Sequence record: MF547663.1
DNA length: 64,000 nucleotides
Direction: 5' to 3' (one strand)
Source: Clostridioides phage LIBA2945
The position numbers and the translations under genes were made by a program. Below the pieces are notes generated by a model that was given only the letters and a program-made list of their open reading frames with translations, was not told the origin of the DNA and searched no databases. How positions within the stretch are numbered: the stretch's first letter is position 1; the number at the start of each line of letters is the position of its first letter. This document shows, in pieces, positions 10,876-21,232 of the stretch.

Positions 10876-10888
10876 ATATAATCACCTC

Positions 10889-12490
10889 CTAATAGGTTAA
10901 TTGCCCAACAAATACGTTATCACAATATGCTTTTTCTATAAATCTTCCTGACCTTCCATCCATTTCATACAATAATATTTTATTATCGTCATCACCAGAC
11001 CTAGTTTTATTTACAAATAATAAAATGTGTTTTTTTCTAATATCTATACAATTTTTGTCAAACTCTCTTTCTTTTCCTTCTTTTGTGGAACTATCTATAA
11101 TCTCTAAATATGACTTTTGAAGCTTCCCTTCTAACCTACCTTTTTTCCATCTGTACGGTTTTAAAAAATATCTATCTTTTTCGGGATTTAGTTCATCTGG
11201 TATTATTTTTCTCATCAATGTTATTGTATGCCCCACCTCTTTAATTTGTTTTGCATTTGATATACAAGCAGCAGTCAAATAACTGACTTTCCCTTCAGTA
11301 TAAGTTGCTAATTGTATAGGAAAAATTATCCTCATCCTCATTTGTTTTCCAAACTTATCAAAATCTCTAGCTGCTTCATTCATTTCACCTGTAGAATTTC
11401 CTGATGAGGCATCTTCAGCTTTGAAAGTATCAAGTATCAAAGTATCATAACCTTCACTCAAACTTAATTTTTTGGCTATTTTTTTTATTTTTTCAGTGTT
11501 AAAATCATACATTGATATAAATTTAAGTTTTCCTGGTATTGAATATTTCTCTTCAATAAATTTATTTGCTAAGTAGAAAGTTTTTTCTTCTTCAATTGTA
11601 AAATCAAAATTTTTAACTTTTCTTCTAGTCATTGTATGACAATTAAATATAGCATTTGATATATATGTTATTAATATCTGTTTGTAGTATTCACTTTGTT
11701 GTTCGTTACTTATTATCAAGACTTTACAATCAGATTCTACTAGCCCCATAGCCATATTTAAAGTAAAAGTTGTTTTTCCAGTGCCACTATGACCTGCTAT
11801 AAAATATATACCATTTGAATGCCCTACTCCATCTATTATGTTACTCAACATAGGCATACCCTGAACATATCTTTCTTCTCCAGTATCAGTTTGCCATCTT
11901 AAAGCTATTGCAAAACTAGCTGAGTTATCATCTTCATTATTTTTCTTTTTTAATATTTCTTCTGAAGTATAATGCAAGTCTTCTATAACAACATCATTTC
12001 CAACTAAATTAATACTACTATCTGCTAATAACATTTCATAAAAATCATGAACTTGAGATGCAGTCATAGAAGGAAATAAGTCTATTGGTTTTACTTTTAC
12101 ACCTTCCACTTCAATTTCCTTATCTATATTAAAGCCTTTACTTTCTAGCCTTATTATAAGATTAGATTTTTCTAAATCATCTATATATTTTTTTTGATTG
12201 TGTATATTTCCTAAATCTCTAACTTTTTGTATGCTTTCCCAACCACCATATTTTTCATATAATTCATTTAATGAAGGAGACATTCCTACAAATGCTGATA
12301 CCGTCACTTCATCTATCTCTTTATATTTTGTACTTAATTCTCTTATGAGATTGTAAAAAAATTTAGTTTTCGGAAAAGTAAAGTCATTTTCAGATAGAGG
12401 ATAGTCAGCAATTATACTTATATCTTGCAACAGAACCGATATCACAAGGCTTTCAATATTCCCTCTATTTTCTAATACCATTTTCTCCAA
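10889..12490 (-). CDS. dnaB: replicative DNA helicase DnaB
   Basis: Walker A GHSGTGKTTFTLN, DnaB N-terminal domain, 533 aa, adjacent to primase. Confidence 0.85.
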   Translation of the reverse strand: MEKMVLENRGNIESLVISVLLQDISIIADYPLSENDFTFPKTKFFYNLIRELSTKYKEIDEVTVSAFVGMSPSLNELYEKYGGWESIQKVRDLGNIHNQKKYIDDLEKSNLIIRLESKGFNIDKEIEVEGVKVKPIDLFPSMTASQVHDFYEMLLADSSINLVGNDVVIEDLHYTSEEILKKKNNEDDNSASFAIALRWQTDTGEERYVQGMPMLSNIIDGVGHSNGIYFIAGHSGTGKTTFTLNMAMGLVESDCKVLIISNEQQSEYYKQILITYISNAIFNCHTMTRRKVKNFDFTIEEEKTFYLANKFIEEKYSIPGKLKFISMYDFNTEKIKKIAKKLSLSEGYDTLILDTFKAEDASSGNSTGEMNEAARDFDKFGKQMRMRIIFPIQLATYTEGKVSYLTAACISNAKQIKEVGHTITLMRKIIPDELNPEKDRYFLKPYRWKKGRLEGKLQKSYLEIIDSSTKEGKEREFDKNCIDIRKKHILLFVNKTRSGDDDNKILLYEMDGRSGRFIEKAYCDNVFVGQLTY

Positions 12491-13022
12491 CCTCCTTTAT
12501 TAAATCCTTTAAGGTTGTTGTTCTTTTTTTTCTCGCTACTGGAATTTTCATTGTTTCTTCAGGTATGTCCACTAAATCCATCTCAGTTTCTTTTTTCTCT
12601 TTTCTTTGTATATTTTTCTTTACAACTGTAACATCTCTTATATTATTTTTTAATATTGTAAATATATAGCATAGTTTTTGATATTCATTTTCTATATCTT
12701 TTCTAAACTCTAAAGCGTCAATTATTTGATTTTTCATTTCTAAAATACAATTATAAACATCTTCTCTTGTATAACCGTTATCTAACATCTCTTTTATCAT
12801 TTTAGTCTTATTTTTTGCGATACATTTGTAACCAATAATACTATCTATTCCTAATAAAATTTGATTCCATAGCCATTTCTCTCTTTCTTCTAATCTATAG
12901 TGTAATTCACAACAATAATTTCGTTTTTCTTCTCTACCCGTTTTAGTAATATGAATCACTGAGTATATATCTTCAGCTAGAAATTTTTCTTTACAGTATC
13001 TACAAGTTATTTTTCTTCCCAA
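12465..13022 (-). CDS. hypothetical zinc-finger protein
   Basis: CRYCKEKF...CCELH cysteine pairs; TTG start after AGGAGG. Confidence 0.35.
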   Translation of the reverse strand: MGRKITCRYCKEKFLAEDIYSVIHITKTGREEKRNYCCELHYRLEEREKWLWNQILLGIDSIIGYKCIAKNKTKMIKEMLDNGYTREDVYNCILEMKNQIIDALEFRKDIENEYQKLCYIFTILKNNIRDVTVVKKNIQRKEKKETEMDLVDIPEETMKIPVARKKRTTTLKDLIKEVGENGIRK

Positions 13023-13052
13023 TAATTCTCCTCCTTCTTATTGTTGATGTTA

Positions 13053-13080
13053 AAAAGTCGCCCTAATTGAGCGACCTTTT
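13053..13080 (-). terminator. intrinsic terminator hairpin GTCGC-N9-GCGAC flanked by A and T runs
   Basis: seen directly downstream of the 13089..13664 gene. Confidence 0.5.
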
Positions 13081-13088
13081 AAATTATT

Positions 13089-13664
13089 CTATATTCTTCC
13101 AGAACGCTTAGGTTGGGTACTTTGAATATCTTGAGATGTATTTTTTTTACTAGGAGGTTTAACTTGAGAATTGCCATCATCATCCTCGCAAAATGATAAT
13201 TGAAGTAGGCTGCCTAGTGCATAACGCTTACTATATGTTTCTGTTGCTCCATATCCTTGAATATCTAATTTACTCGGTTTTATAGGTACACTATCAGACT
13301 CCATAAACTGACCGCTAGAATGCCATAATACAGTTTTAATTGATACTGAATTGTTTCCACCAGAAATGGGAAATTGAGTTATACATAAATCAAATTTTGC
13401 TAATATTGGTCTTATTGTTGTTAGAATATCATCTAAATTTGCATATTTGCTATTATAAAATGGATTATTAGAACTCTTTTCAATACTTTCTACCTCTTTT
13501 TGAAAATCAACTAAACTTACTAATAAATCTTTTATATTTTCACTTCTGCGAAATGGTATTAATGAATCTTTATTCTCATTTTCTTTTAAATCTCCAACCA
13601 TTTTTCTTATTACATCTTTTAATTGTTTTACTTCGCTCTCTATGTTAGCTATTTGTTCTTCCAT
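13089..13664 (-). CDS. putative ERF-family single-strand annealing protein
   Basis: GYGATETYSKRYALGSL resembles the conserved ERF TY.RRYAL block; sits in the replication/recombination module. Confidence 0.4.
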   Translation of the reverse strand: MEEQIANIESEVKQLKDVIRKMVGDLKENENKDSLIPFRRSENIKDLLVSLVDFQKEVESIEKSSNNPFYNSKYANLDDILTTIRPILAKFDLCITQFPISGGNNSVSIKTVLWHSSGQFMESDSVPIKPSKLDIQGYGATETYSKRYALGSLLQLSFCEDDDGNSQVKPPSKKNTSQDIQSTQPKRSGRI

Positions 13665-13704
13665 AAAACCCTCCTTTTAATTTTATTCAGTTTATAAATA
13701 TTAA

Positions 13705-14550
13705 TTAAAATGGTAAATCTGATTCTTCAATATTTATGTTATTTTTTTGTGCATCTTTTTCTTTCATGGCATTTTCTTTTTCTTCCATTTTATCTATCAT
13801 GGCTACTATATTATCCTTATAGAATGGATTAGGCTTCCCATCTTCACCAAAATCATTTTCTTTTGATATCTTATTTCCTGAACCTCCAGTTATTCTAAGA
13901 TATTTTATTATTTTATCTTTTTTCCCTGTACCAAATCCACCAGTTCCTTCTATTATCTCAGTTACTATATCTCCTTCTAATTGTGGTACATCTCCCACTT
14001 TATATAGCTTTTCAAATTCTTTTATTACTTCTGTATTATCAATTACAAGTCTAACTCTAAATCCATTATCATTGTATTTATTCATTATTCCTATTACTTC
14101 TAATCCCTCTTCTATTTTTATTATTTCCTCCAAGTATACATATGCTCTCCATAATATACCTGCCTTTATAGGTAGTTTTGCATCTTTTTGTCTGTTACAA
14201 AATTTACCTTGTATTCTAAATCCTTCATGTTTTTCTCCATCACTATAATATGTATTGTCATCTAATTGACAGGTGCATCTAACTATTTCTCCTCTACCCT
14301 CTTCTGCTCTAGTTACAATATCATTCACAACTGTTTCTAATCCCTGTGATATCTTATTAACTCCTCCAGCAGATGTGTATATGCTTCCATAATAATCAAC
14401 TATTTCATTCTTATCTTGTGATATAGCAACATTAAGTTTAAACTTTATTGCTTCTTGTGGAGTTCCTTCTTTTACTCTTTCTGCTGCTAATATATCTAAC
14501 ACTTCCCCACTAACAAAAACTTCATTGTAATTTACATTTTTTTTCGCCAT
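13705..14550 (-). CDS. hypothetical protein
   Basis: 281-aa ORF preceded by the recurrent upstream motif and an RBS. Confidence 0.35.
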   Translation of the reverse strand: MAKKNVNYNEVFVSGEVLDILAAERVKEGTPQEAIKFKLNVAISQDKNEIVDYYGSIYTSAGGVNKISQGLETVVNDIVTRAEEGRGEIVRCTCQLDDNTYYSDGEKHEGFRIQGKFCNRQKDAKLPIKAGILWRAYVYLEEIIKIEEGLEVIGIMNKYNDNGFRVRLVIDNTEVIKEFEKLYKVGDVPQLEGDIVTEIIEGTGGFGTGKKDKIIKYLRITGGSGNKISKENDFGEDGKPNPFYKDNIVAMIDKMEEKENAMKEKDAQKNNINIEESDLPF

Positions 14551-14862
14551 AAATATTCTCCTCTTTTATTTTGTATTTTATTCAGTTGTAATCATTCTTA
14601 ATTTTTCTATATACTTATAATAACATGTTCTATTTATTATTTCAATACTTATTTTTAATTTTATTTATTTTAACTAAAAAATCCTCCCCAATACAATAAA
14701 CCAAAAATTACTAGCTTTGAAATTGTAGATACTCCAAAACTTATTTTCATTTCTTTTACCTTTCCATTATTAGCTAAAGACACTCCTAATTGCATAACGT
14801 ATATTATTATTACTAAAATTTGTGGTATTCCTAATTTCATTTAACCTCTCCTTTTAATATGA

Positions 14863-15528
14863 TTACATCATTAATTCTTTATATTTTGGTAATGTTTTAA
14901 AGAAATCACATAAAATCCTCCATTCTTCCATTTTATGATTTTCTCTTTGATTTATCATAGATTTTATTTGTAGATAATTTAATGTAACTCTTGCAGTTAA
15001 CATTAATCCTGATGGGCAATTTGATATTATAATTTTCCAAAGAGTTTCCTTTGTGGCTCTAATATTTTCTCCATTTCTAAGAGTGACTTCATCAGATGCG
15101 GTTAATTTTAATTCCTGAAAATTATTATAATCGTAAATCAATTCATTCAGGAAGTTTATTGTATTTTTAACAACATACTTATTACACATATCATCAATAT
15201 TAAATTTGGTTAATCTGTGCATTTTACTTTGACTAGATACATAGTCATTATGATGATATCTATCCCACTGTCTCCACATATATTCTGACCATTGCAAATC
15301 CATTTGGACAATAATTCCTTTAGAGAAGCAATCATGGCCTGAACCTTGTTTTGATTTGCCTAATTGACATGCTCGTTGTAAATCTTTTTCTGAAATATTT
15401 ACTTCTCTCATATCTTTAATCTGTTGCTGCATAGGATAACCACTCGAAATTATACTTTCTTTAATTCCATAAACACACACATTTGATACATCAATAATTC
15501 CTGGTATTTTTATTCCATTTACTTTCAA
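14863..15528 (-). CDS. hypothetical protein
   Basis: 221-aa ORF. Confidence 0.35.
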   Translation of the reverse strand: MKVNGIKIPGIIDVSNVCVYGIKESIISSGYPMQQQIKDMREVNISEKDLQRACQLGKSKQGSGHDCFSKGIIVQMDLQWSEYMWRQWDRYHHNDYVSSQSKMHRLTKFNIDDMCNKYVVKNTINFLNELIYDYNNFQELKLTASDEVTLRNGENIRATKETLWKIIISNCPSGLMLTARVTLNYLQIKSMINQRENHKMEEWRILCDFFKTLPKYKELMM

Positions 15529-15539
15529 TTTATCAACTC

Positions 15540-16112
15540 CTAACCTTCCACAATAATATAACCTTCTTTATAATGTCTTCCCATATTGTTCACCCTTTTA
15601 TAATACTTATAATCACTCTCCCCTTTTATTCTTGGCACAAATACATCTATTGCATTAGAATTTCCAAAATATTTATTAGAACCTCTGTCTTTGACTACCT
15701 TTAAATTTCCATCAACTAATATTTTAGTTCCGAATTTAAGATGATTATTGGCCACAAACCCATATTGTAATTTTTCTCCTGTAGCTGTAATAGCTCCATA
15801 TTTACTATTTTCACAGTTTAAAGAAGTATAGTAACTTACTTCCCATGTTACAGGAATTAATTTTTCTATTTTTATTCCTAAGTCCTTTTCTAAATTAATT
15901 CTCTTGATTTCTAATTTATATTCAGAACTATTTTTGTGTTGCTCCCACTCATATTTATACATTAAGTTAATATTTTTAGCTGTATCTGCTACAATATTTT
16001 TATCCATCCTGCTAGTACTCATTTCTTTAGTATTAGCAAATATATGTATGCTACTACCCATTACTAAAACACTTGTTACTAATATATTTCTCCACCTCAT
16101 AAAGACCTCCAA
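15540..16112 (-). CDS. secreted 3D-domain protein (RlpA/YuiC-like, cell-wall associated)
   Basis: N-terminal signal peptide; C-terminal ATGEKLQYGFVANNHLKFGTKILVDG...DRGSN..IDVF typical of 3D domains. Confidence 0.5.
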   Translation of the reverse strand: MEVFMRWRNILVTSVLVMGSSIHIFANTKEMSTSRMDKNIVADTAKNINLMYKYEWEQHKNSSEYKLEIKRINLEKDLGIKIEKLIPVTWEVSYYTSLNCENSKYGAITATGEKLQYGFVANNHLKFGTKILVDGNLKVVKDRGSNKYFGNSNAIDVFVPRIKGESDYKYYKRVNNMGRHYKEGYIIVEG

Positions 16113-16131
16113 TCATATTAAAATGATAAAT

Positions 16132-16557
16132 TTATTTATTATTTATTTCATCTAATACTAAATTTACTTGTTTCTTTGCTTTTTTAACTTCAATTCTTGC
16201 CAGACATAACTTAATACCTTTATTTAAATTAAATTCATCTGTATCATGGCAAGTAGAGGATGCTTTAAAATTTCCTTTTCTAACTTCTACTTTTTTCCCA
16301 TTTGTTCTATATAGATATGCTCCAGAGAAATCTCCTCTTATAGACCATGCACCCCATTCATATTTTTTCTTTTGTTGAACAATTTCAAAATATGCTTCAA
16401 ATTCACTATAGTTCATAAAACCTATTCCATAATCTGTTTTAAAATGTATAGCTCCATTATTTCCCACAGATGTAATAATAAATATATCTCCTATTTTTAA
16501 CATCTCAAAACCTTGTATTTCTTTCATTAATCTTATTTTAGTTCCTTCTATTAACAT
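16132..16557 (-). CDS. hypothetical protein
   Basis: ORF. Confidence 0.3.
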   Translation of the reverse strand: MLIEGTKIRLMKEIQGFEMLKIGDIFIITSVGNNGAIHFKTDYGIGFMNYSEFEAYFEIVQQKKKYEWGAWSIRGDFSGAYLYRTNGKKVEVRKGNFKASSTCHDTDEFNLNKGIKLCLARIEVKKAKKQVNLVLDEINNK

Positions 16558-17672
16558 ATTTTCTTCATCCTTTCTATTCTATTATTATATTTATCAATTG
16601 CTTCTTGCTCTCTTTCATTGACATCTCTATTATATTTACCTTTAGCTTGGACTATTTTGCCATTTCTAACTTCAATTGTTACTAAACTTTTACTTGGATT
16701 ATCCTTTTTTCTCATAAATAATATATGACATTTTCCATCTATAACATTTTGAATATAACTACTTACACAATTATTTTGTTGTACTGCTTCATCTTTAATT
16801 TCATTTGTATTTTTAGGGTATATAAATTTATAATCTTGATATGAATATTCTAGTGACTTGTCTATTCTTTTATTAAATACTTCTTCTTCAAATTGAGTTT
16901 TAAGACGATTATAATTTCGAGATGCTATTTTATGAGTTGTTAAGAAATGTCTTGGATATTTTTCATATTTATCACTTATTACACTCATCATAACAACATA
17001 GTCATATAATTCGTTTAGAGTGCTTTCAAGCCCATTTAATGCTTCATATGTCATCAGATTATCTATATAATTTATAAGTGATTGAGGTTTATATTTATAT
17101 ATGTCTATTAATCTATCAAATATCATTCTATCATAACCAGAATCAAGAATTGAAATTAAATTAGTTTTTCTTATTGAATTCAATTCTAAGCTTAATAAAT
17201 TATTATATAAATTTGGGTTTTTACTATACCCTTGTATCAATCGGTCACTCAAAGTAATACTATGATTCCTACAGATAGAAATAAGACCTTTAGGTATACT
17301 CTTAATATCACAATGTATCGGATAAATTATTTTTTTTAATCCTGCTGAGAATAATTGTTCATACTCAGAATAATTATTTATTTCATTTAAAAAACTTCCT
17401 ATATTTCTTATTCTTTCAACTCTCCTTCCCCAAGTTCTGCTACTCTTACTTCTATTTACTCTTCCGTCTACAAAATTTAAAAAACACTTATAATTTTCAT
17501 CTTCAAAAGAATTTATTACCTCATGTAAATCATATCCTCTAAGCTGAGTGCATACATCTTTTACAATCCTTCCAGATTTACCAATACATTCTCCTGTTGC
17601 TAAATTATATTTTACATTCTTCCCATCTTCAAATTCAAATACTAAAAACTGTTTTTCTTTATAAGATTTCAA
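16551..17672 (-). CDS. hypothetical protein
   Basis: 373-aa ORF. Confidence 0.35.
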   Translation of the reverse strand: MKSYKEKQFLVFEFEDGKNVKYNLATGECIGKSGRIVKDVCTQLRGYDLHEVINSFEDENYKCFLNFVDGRVNRSKSSRTWGRRVERIRNIGSFLNEINNYSEYEQLFSAGLKKIIYPIHCDIKSIPKGLISICRNHSITLSDRLIQGYSKNPNLYNNLLSLELNSIRKTNLISILDSGYDRMIFDRLIDIYKYKPQSLINYIDNLMTYEALNGLESTLNELYDYVVMMSVISDKYEKYPRHFLTTHKIASRNYNRLKTQFEEEVFNKRIDKSLEYSYQDYKFIYPKNTNEIKDEAVQQNNCVSSYIQNVIDGKCHILFMRKKDNPSKSLVTIEVRNGKIVQAKGKYNRDVNEREQEAIDKYNNRIERMKKIC

Positions 17673-17750
17673 ATATTAATCACTACCTCCTTTACATCTT
17701 GATGACAATTGTATGACATAAGTTATTTTTCCACCTATGTAATAATCATT

Positions 17751-18059
17751 TTAGATTTTTTTAGAATTTATATATTTTTCTTTTAAACCTTTATTACCTC
17801 TTGTTTCCATAATTTTATTTATAGATTTTATATAGTTTATATCATTAGAAATTCTCTTAAGACTTGTTATAAAGTAGACAGAATAGCTTCTTGGTATCTT
17901 CTTTTTGATAGCTAAATCAATTACTGTTCTAGCAGCATTGTAACTTTTTAAATGAGTATGCCCTTCTTCAAATTTTTTATTTGTATTATAAACAATATAT
18001 CCAGTTTTACATTTGATAATAATATATTCTTTTTTCTCATATATTTTATTTGTATCCAT
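17751..18059 (-). CDS. hypothetical protein
   Basis: ORF. Confidence 0.3.
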   Translation of the reverse strand: MDTNKIYEKKEYIIIKCKTGYIVYNTNKKFEEGHTHLKSYNAARTVIDLAIKKKIPRSYSVYFITSLKRISNDINYIKSINKIMETRGNKGLKEKYINSKKI

Positions 18060-18310
18060 TACAAATCCTCAATTTTATGCCATATCATTTCTAACTTTCC
18101 ATGTTTTCTATTTAGCCTTCTTCTAATTTCATATGCAGATTTAATTTCTTCTTTTACATTTTGCCACTTATCTAAAACTTCTTCATATTCTTTATTCTCT
18201 TCTTTTAAAAATAGTATTTCTTCATTCAATTCACTAATTTTGATATTTAACTCTCTGTTCTTTTCTAATAAATTATAATATCTTTGTTCATCTATAAGTA
18301 TTGAAATCAC
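18059..18310 (-). CDS. hypothetical coiled-coil protein
   Basis: ORF. Confidence 0.3.
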   Translation of the reverse strand: MISILIDEQRYYNLLEKNRELNIKISELNEEILFLKEENKEYEEVLDKWQNVKEEIKSAYEIRRRLNRKHGKLEMIWHKIEDL

Positions 18311-18432
18311 TACCTTTCACAAACTTCGTATATGCCATTTTAAGCAATAAAGGTATAAACACAAGCAGTCATTTTTACAAAACCTTAGAATGTCATATAC
18401 GAGACCATGTTTTTTAATTTAAAACTGACATT

Positions 18433-18642
18433 TTATAGTTTATATTTTCCATCATCCCTTGGATATAGAAATTTTATATCTTTAAGGTCTAAACCATTTC
18501 TCTCGTAATAATTCTTTGCTCTTATACATTCTCCTGGCGACACTCCATATAATTTAATTAAATCTCTAAAATTTATAAAATGTTTTTGGCCATCATTTTT
18601 TGATGTAATCTCCCATTCAAATACAACGTATTTAACTTTCAC
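18433..18642 (-). CDS. hypothetical protein
   Basis: ORF. Confidence 0.3.
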   Translation of the reverse strand: MKVKYVVFEWEITSKNDGQKHFINFRDLIKLYGVSPGECIRAKNYYERNGLDLKDIKFLYPRDDGKYKL

Positions 18643-18656
18643 TTTACACCTCTATT

Positions 18657-19259
18657 TCATTGACTTATTAATACTTTTAACTGAGAAAATTTTGGATTAT
18701 ACCCCTTCTGCCATACAAAATGAGCATATTCTATGCTATCTGTCTTTTTATCATCTGTAAAACTCATTCTTTTGTTGTGAACAAATATGTATTTAGGCAT
18801 ATTATTTCCCCACAGTCTTTGTCTTACTTTTTCTCCAAGATAATTTAATCTTAGCAACATAATAACGAAACCACCTTCTCTTACATCATTTAAAGCTTTA
18901 TTAATTATATCCAAGCTTAAATTAAAGGGAGGATTAGTAATAATTACATCGTATTTTTCTTTGGGCTGAAACTTTAAATAATCTTGCTTTACATTTGCCC
19001 TTGAATCATCTCTTATATCTACTGTATCTATTGAAATATCTTGATTTAAAAATTCTTGAATTGCAGTTGGATAACTCATTAGATTTGTATTATCTCCACC
19101 TGCACATGGGTCTAATATTTTTATATTTGAATTGAGTATATTTTCATATCTACTGAACTCAGTTAAAAACTCTTTGATTTTAGTAATTGGAGTTCTATAA
19201 TAATCACTTACATGAAAATCTCTAGCATTACTTCTATTTGTACTACTTATAAATATCAC
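18657..19259 (-). CDS. DNA N6-adenine (or N4-cytosine) methyltransferase, compact orphan type
   Basis: motif I-like ILDPCAGGD and motif IV ITNPPFNLS. Confidence 0.6.
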   Translation of the reverse strand: MIFISSTNRSNARDFHVSDYYRTPITKIKEFLTEFSRYENILNSNIKILDPCAGGDNTNLMSYPTAIQEFLNQDISIDTVDIRDDSRANVKQDYLKFQPKEKYDVIITNPPFNLSLDIINKALNDVREGGFVIMLLRLNYLGEKVRQRLWGNNMPKYIFVHNKRMSFTDDKKTDSIEYAHFVWQKGYNPKFSQLKVLISQ

Positions 19260-19348
19260 CTCTACTTATTTACCACTTTATCTATTGTTTTGTTTACTAA
19301 TATTTCATTTATAGTAGCAACAACAAATATAAGTATATCCTCAATATT

Positions 19349-19675
19349 TTAATCTTGTTTTCCAAAATATTCTTCTAGTGCCTTTATAAATAAATGCTCT
19401 TTATTTTTAGCATTTTTTATTATGTTTTTAATATCTTCTACAGTACAAACATATTCGTCGCCCCACGAATCCCATCCATTTTGATATGTATGGATTAAAA
19501 TATATCCATATTCTTTTAACTTCTCATCTATCTCTACTAAATTATATTGAGCATCATATAGTCTATATTGGTCGAATTGATTTACATCTTTACTGTGATT
19601 CATTGATATAGCACATATAATGTTATAATTTTTTATCTCAAATTTTTCGTTTTCTAATACATTTACTTTTCTCAT
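19349..19675 (-). CDS. hypothetical protein
   Basis: ORF. Confidence 0.3.
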   Translation of the reverse strand: MRKVNVLENEKFEIKNYNIICAISMNHSKDVNQFDQYRLYDAQYNLVEIDEKLKEYGYILIHTYQNGWDSWGDEYVCTVEDIKNIIKNAKNKEHLFIKALEEYFGKQD

Positions 19676-19701
19676 ATATGTATCTCCTTAAAATAATACT
19701 T

Positions 19702-19836
19702 TTAATCTAAGTCATTATTCAATAATAATAATGCTATAAGACAAAATCCATTAAGTAGTATCCCATTAGTATTATCTTGCAAGTAATTAGCTACCATACA
19801 ACCTAAATTAAAAATTGCAGCAATATTTAAAATCAA
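19702..19836 (-). CDS. small hydrophobic peptide (44 aa), TTG start
   Basis: GAAAGGAG RBS then TTG; MILNIAAIFNLGCMVANY...CLIALLLL; below ORF-track size cut. Confidence 0.25.
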   Translation of the reverse strand: MILNIAAIFNLGCMVANYLQDNTNGILLNGFCLIALLLLNNDLD

Positions 19837-19853
19837 ATTAATACTCCTTTCTT

Positions 19854-20021
19854 TTATTCTTTTTTGTCAATATATATACTACTTGATGGTATAAGAATCC
19901 AGATTAGCAACCATGCTAAGGTATTGATTGGATATGTTGTATCTAAGAATTGAAATTGTGGGAAGTTTAAAATATCTACTACCCAAATTATTATAAGAAT
20001 TGTTTTTAAGACTTTAAACAT
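19854..20021 (-). CDS. small two-helix membrane protein (55 aa), holin-like by shape only
   Basis: AAGGAGAG RBS 5 nt before ATG; MFKVLKTILIIIWVVDIL...LAWLLIWILIP hydrophobic stretches. Confidence 0.3.
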   Translation of the reverse strand: MFKVLKTILIIIWVVDILNFPQFQFLDTTYPINTLAWLLIWILIPSSSIYIDKKE

Positions 20022-20032
20022 TTAACTCTCCT

Positions 20033-20317
20033 TTATTTATTAGATGAATTTTCTTCTATTACTACATGAGCATTACATATAATCACCCTTTTACCATCAA
20101 AATCTAGTGTTATAGTACCACCATCTCCATCTTTAACTCTCATGCTTTTACTTGTATATGTTTTTAATACCTCGCCATTATCTGAATATACATTTACAGT
20201 TCTATTAAGCCCTGATACATCACTTTCAGCATCTTTCATTGAGCTTTGTATCCCTGTACATCCAGACATTCCTATTAACATTGTTCCTAATACCCCTATT
20301 AATAAAAATCTTTTCAA
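20033..20317 (-). CDS. putative lipoprotein
   Basis: signal peptide with lipobox LIGMSGC. Confidence 0.45.
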   Translation of the reverse strand: MKRFLLIGVLGTMLIGMSGCTGIQSSMKDAESDVSGLNRTVNVYSDNGEVLKTYTSKSMRVKDGDGGTITLDFDGKRVIICNAHVVIEENSSNK

Positions 20318-20416
20318 TATAATTTCACTCCTTTATTTTTAATTGAATTGTAAATAAGAATATATATTTAGAATTTTTGAATTGGTTAAATGAATTTCTT
20401 AGAATTGAAATTTTGA

Positions 20417-20812
20417 TTAATCATTTACAACATTATATTTATCATCTTCTCTCCATCCAAAATTATATGGTTTTATAATATTACATATTATATCTTTGCA
20501 TAAACACATATAGTCTTCAATACTATCTTCAGAGTCACTATCTTGTATATTTATTAATGTATCACAGCCACTACAGCTTCCATAACCAACATATGTCATA
20601 AGATATTCATATTCATTAGGTTGGTATGTTTTTTTAGGTATTAAATATAATAAAGTACCTTGATAATGTCCATTATCTATTTCACTTATATTGTCGACAT
20701 CCCACTCATCATCTTCATTTATATTGTCATTCAAAATATGTTTTACAGATAATTTAACCAAATCTTCATAGCTACAGTAACTATCACGATTAATGAAATC
20801 AGACTCTAACAA
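20417..20812 (-). CDS. hypothetical protein
   Basis: ORF. Confidence 0.3.
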   Translation of the reverse strand: MLESDFINRDSYCSYEDLVKLSVKHILNDNINEDDEWDVDNISEIDNGHYQGTLLYLIPKKTYQPNEYEYLMTYVGYGSCSGCDTLINIQDSDSEDSIEDYMCLCKDIICNIIKPYNFGWREDDKYNVVND

Positions 20813-20881
20813 TGCTTCATGTAATCTTGTTTTATTTTTTTATCCACTTTTCTTTACAATATTTTATCATTTAGCTCTCCT

Positions 20882-21232
20882 TTAAATATTATTTAGATTT
20901 TCTATTTGAATTGTTCCAGTAGCACAATCTATATGTTGCCCAAGAATAGATGTTAAGCAACAATCTATATCATCTACTACTATTTTTATATGAGGGTCTA
21001 TTTTTAAAGATATTCCATTTATGGCTTTTGTATCATATATTTTACTTCCATTAAACATGTATTCTTTAAAGGTTCTTGGGTTTATTATATCTAAATTCAT
21101 TGTTTTTGCTAAACTAATTATGTAATTTTTATTAGCAATAGAATGACATAATATAAGTGCATTATTTTCATAAGCATACTTTATTAATGCAGTAGTTTTC
21201 CCACTACTTCTGTTTCCATTTATTAATTTCAT
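20882..21232 (-). CDS. small P-loop NTPase
   Basis: Walker A GNRSSGKTT at the N-terminus. Confidence 0.4.
   Translation of the reverse strand: MKLINGNRSSGKTTALIKYAYENNALILCHSIANKNYIISLAKTMNLDIINPRTFKEYMFNGSKIYDTKAINGISLKIDPHIKIVVDDIDCCLTSILGQHIDCATGTIQIENLNNI

Noticed and set aside
14863-15528. Possible ThyX (flavin-dependent thymidylate synthase) because of an RY....SQS stretch
   Set aside because: The defining RHR-x7-S-x-RY motif is not present in the right order. Left as hypothetical.
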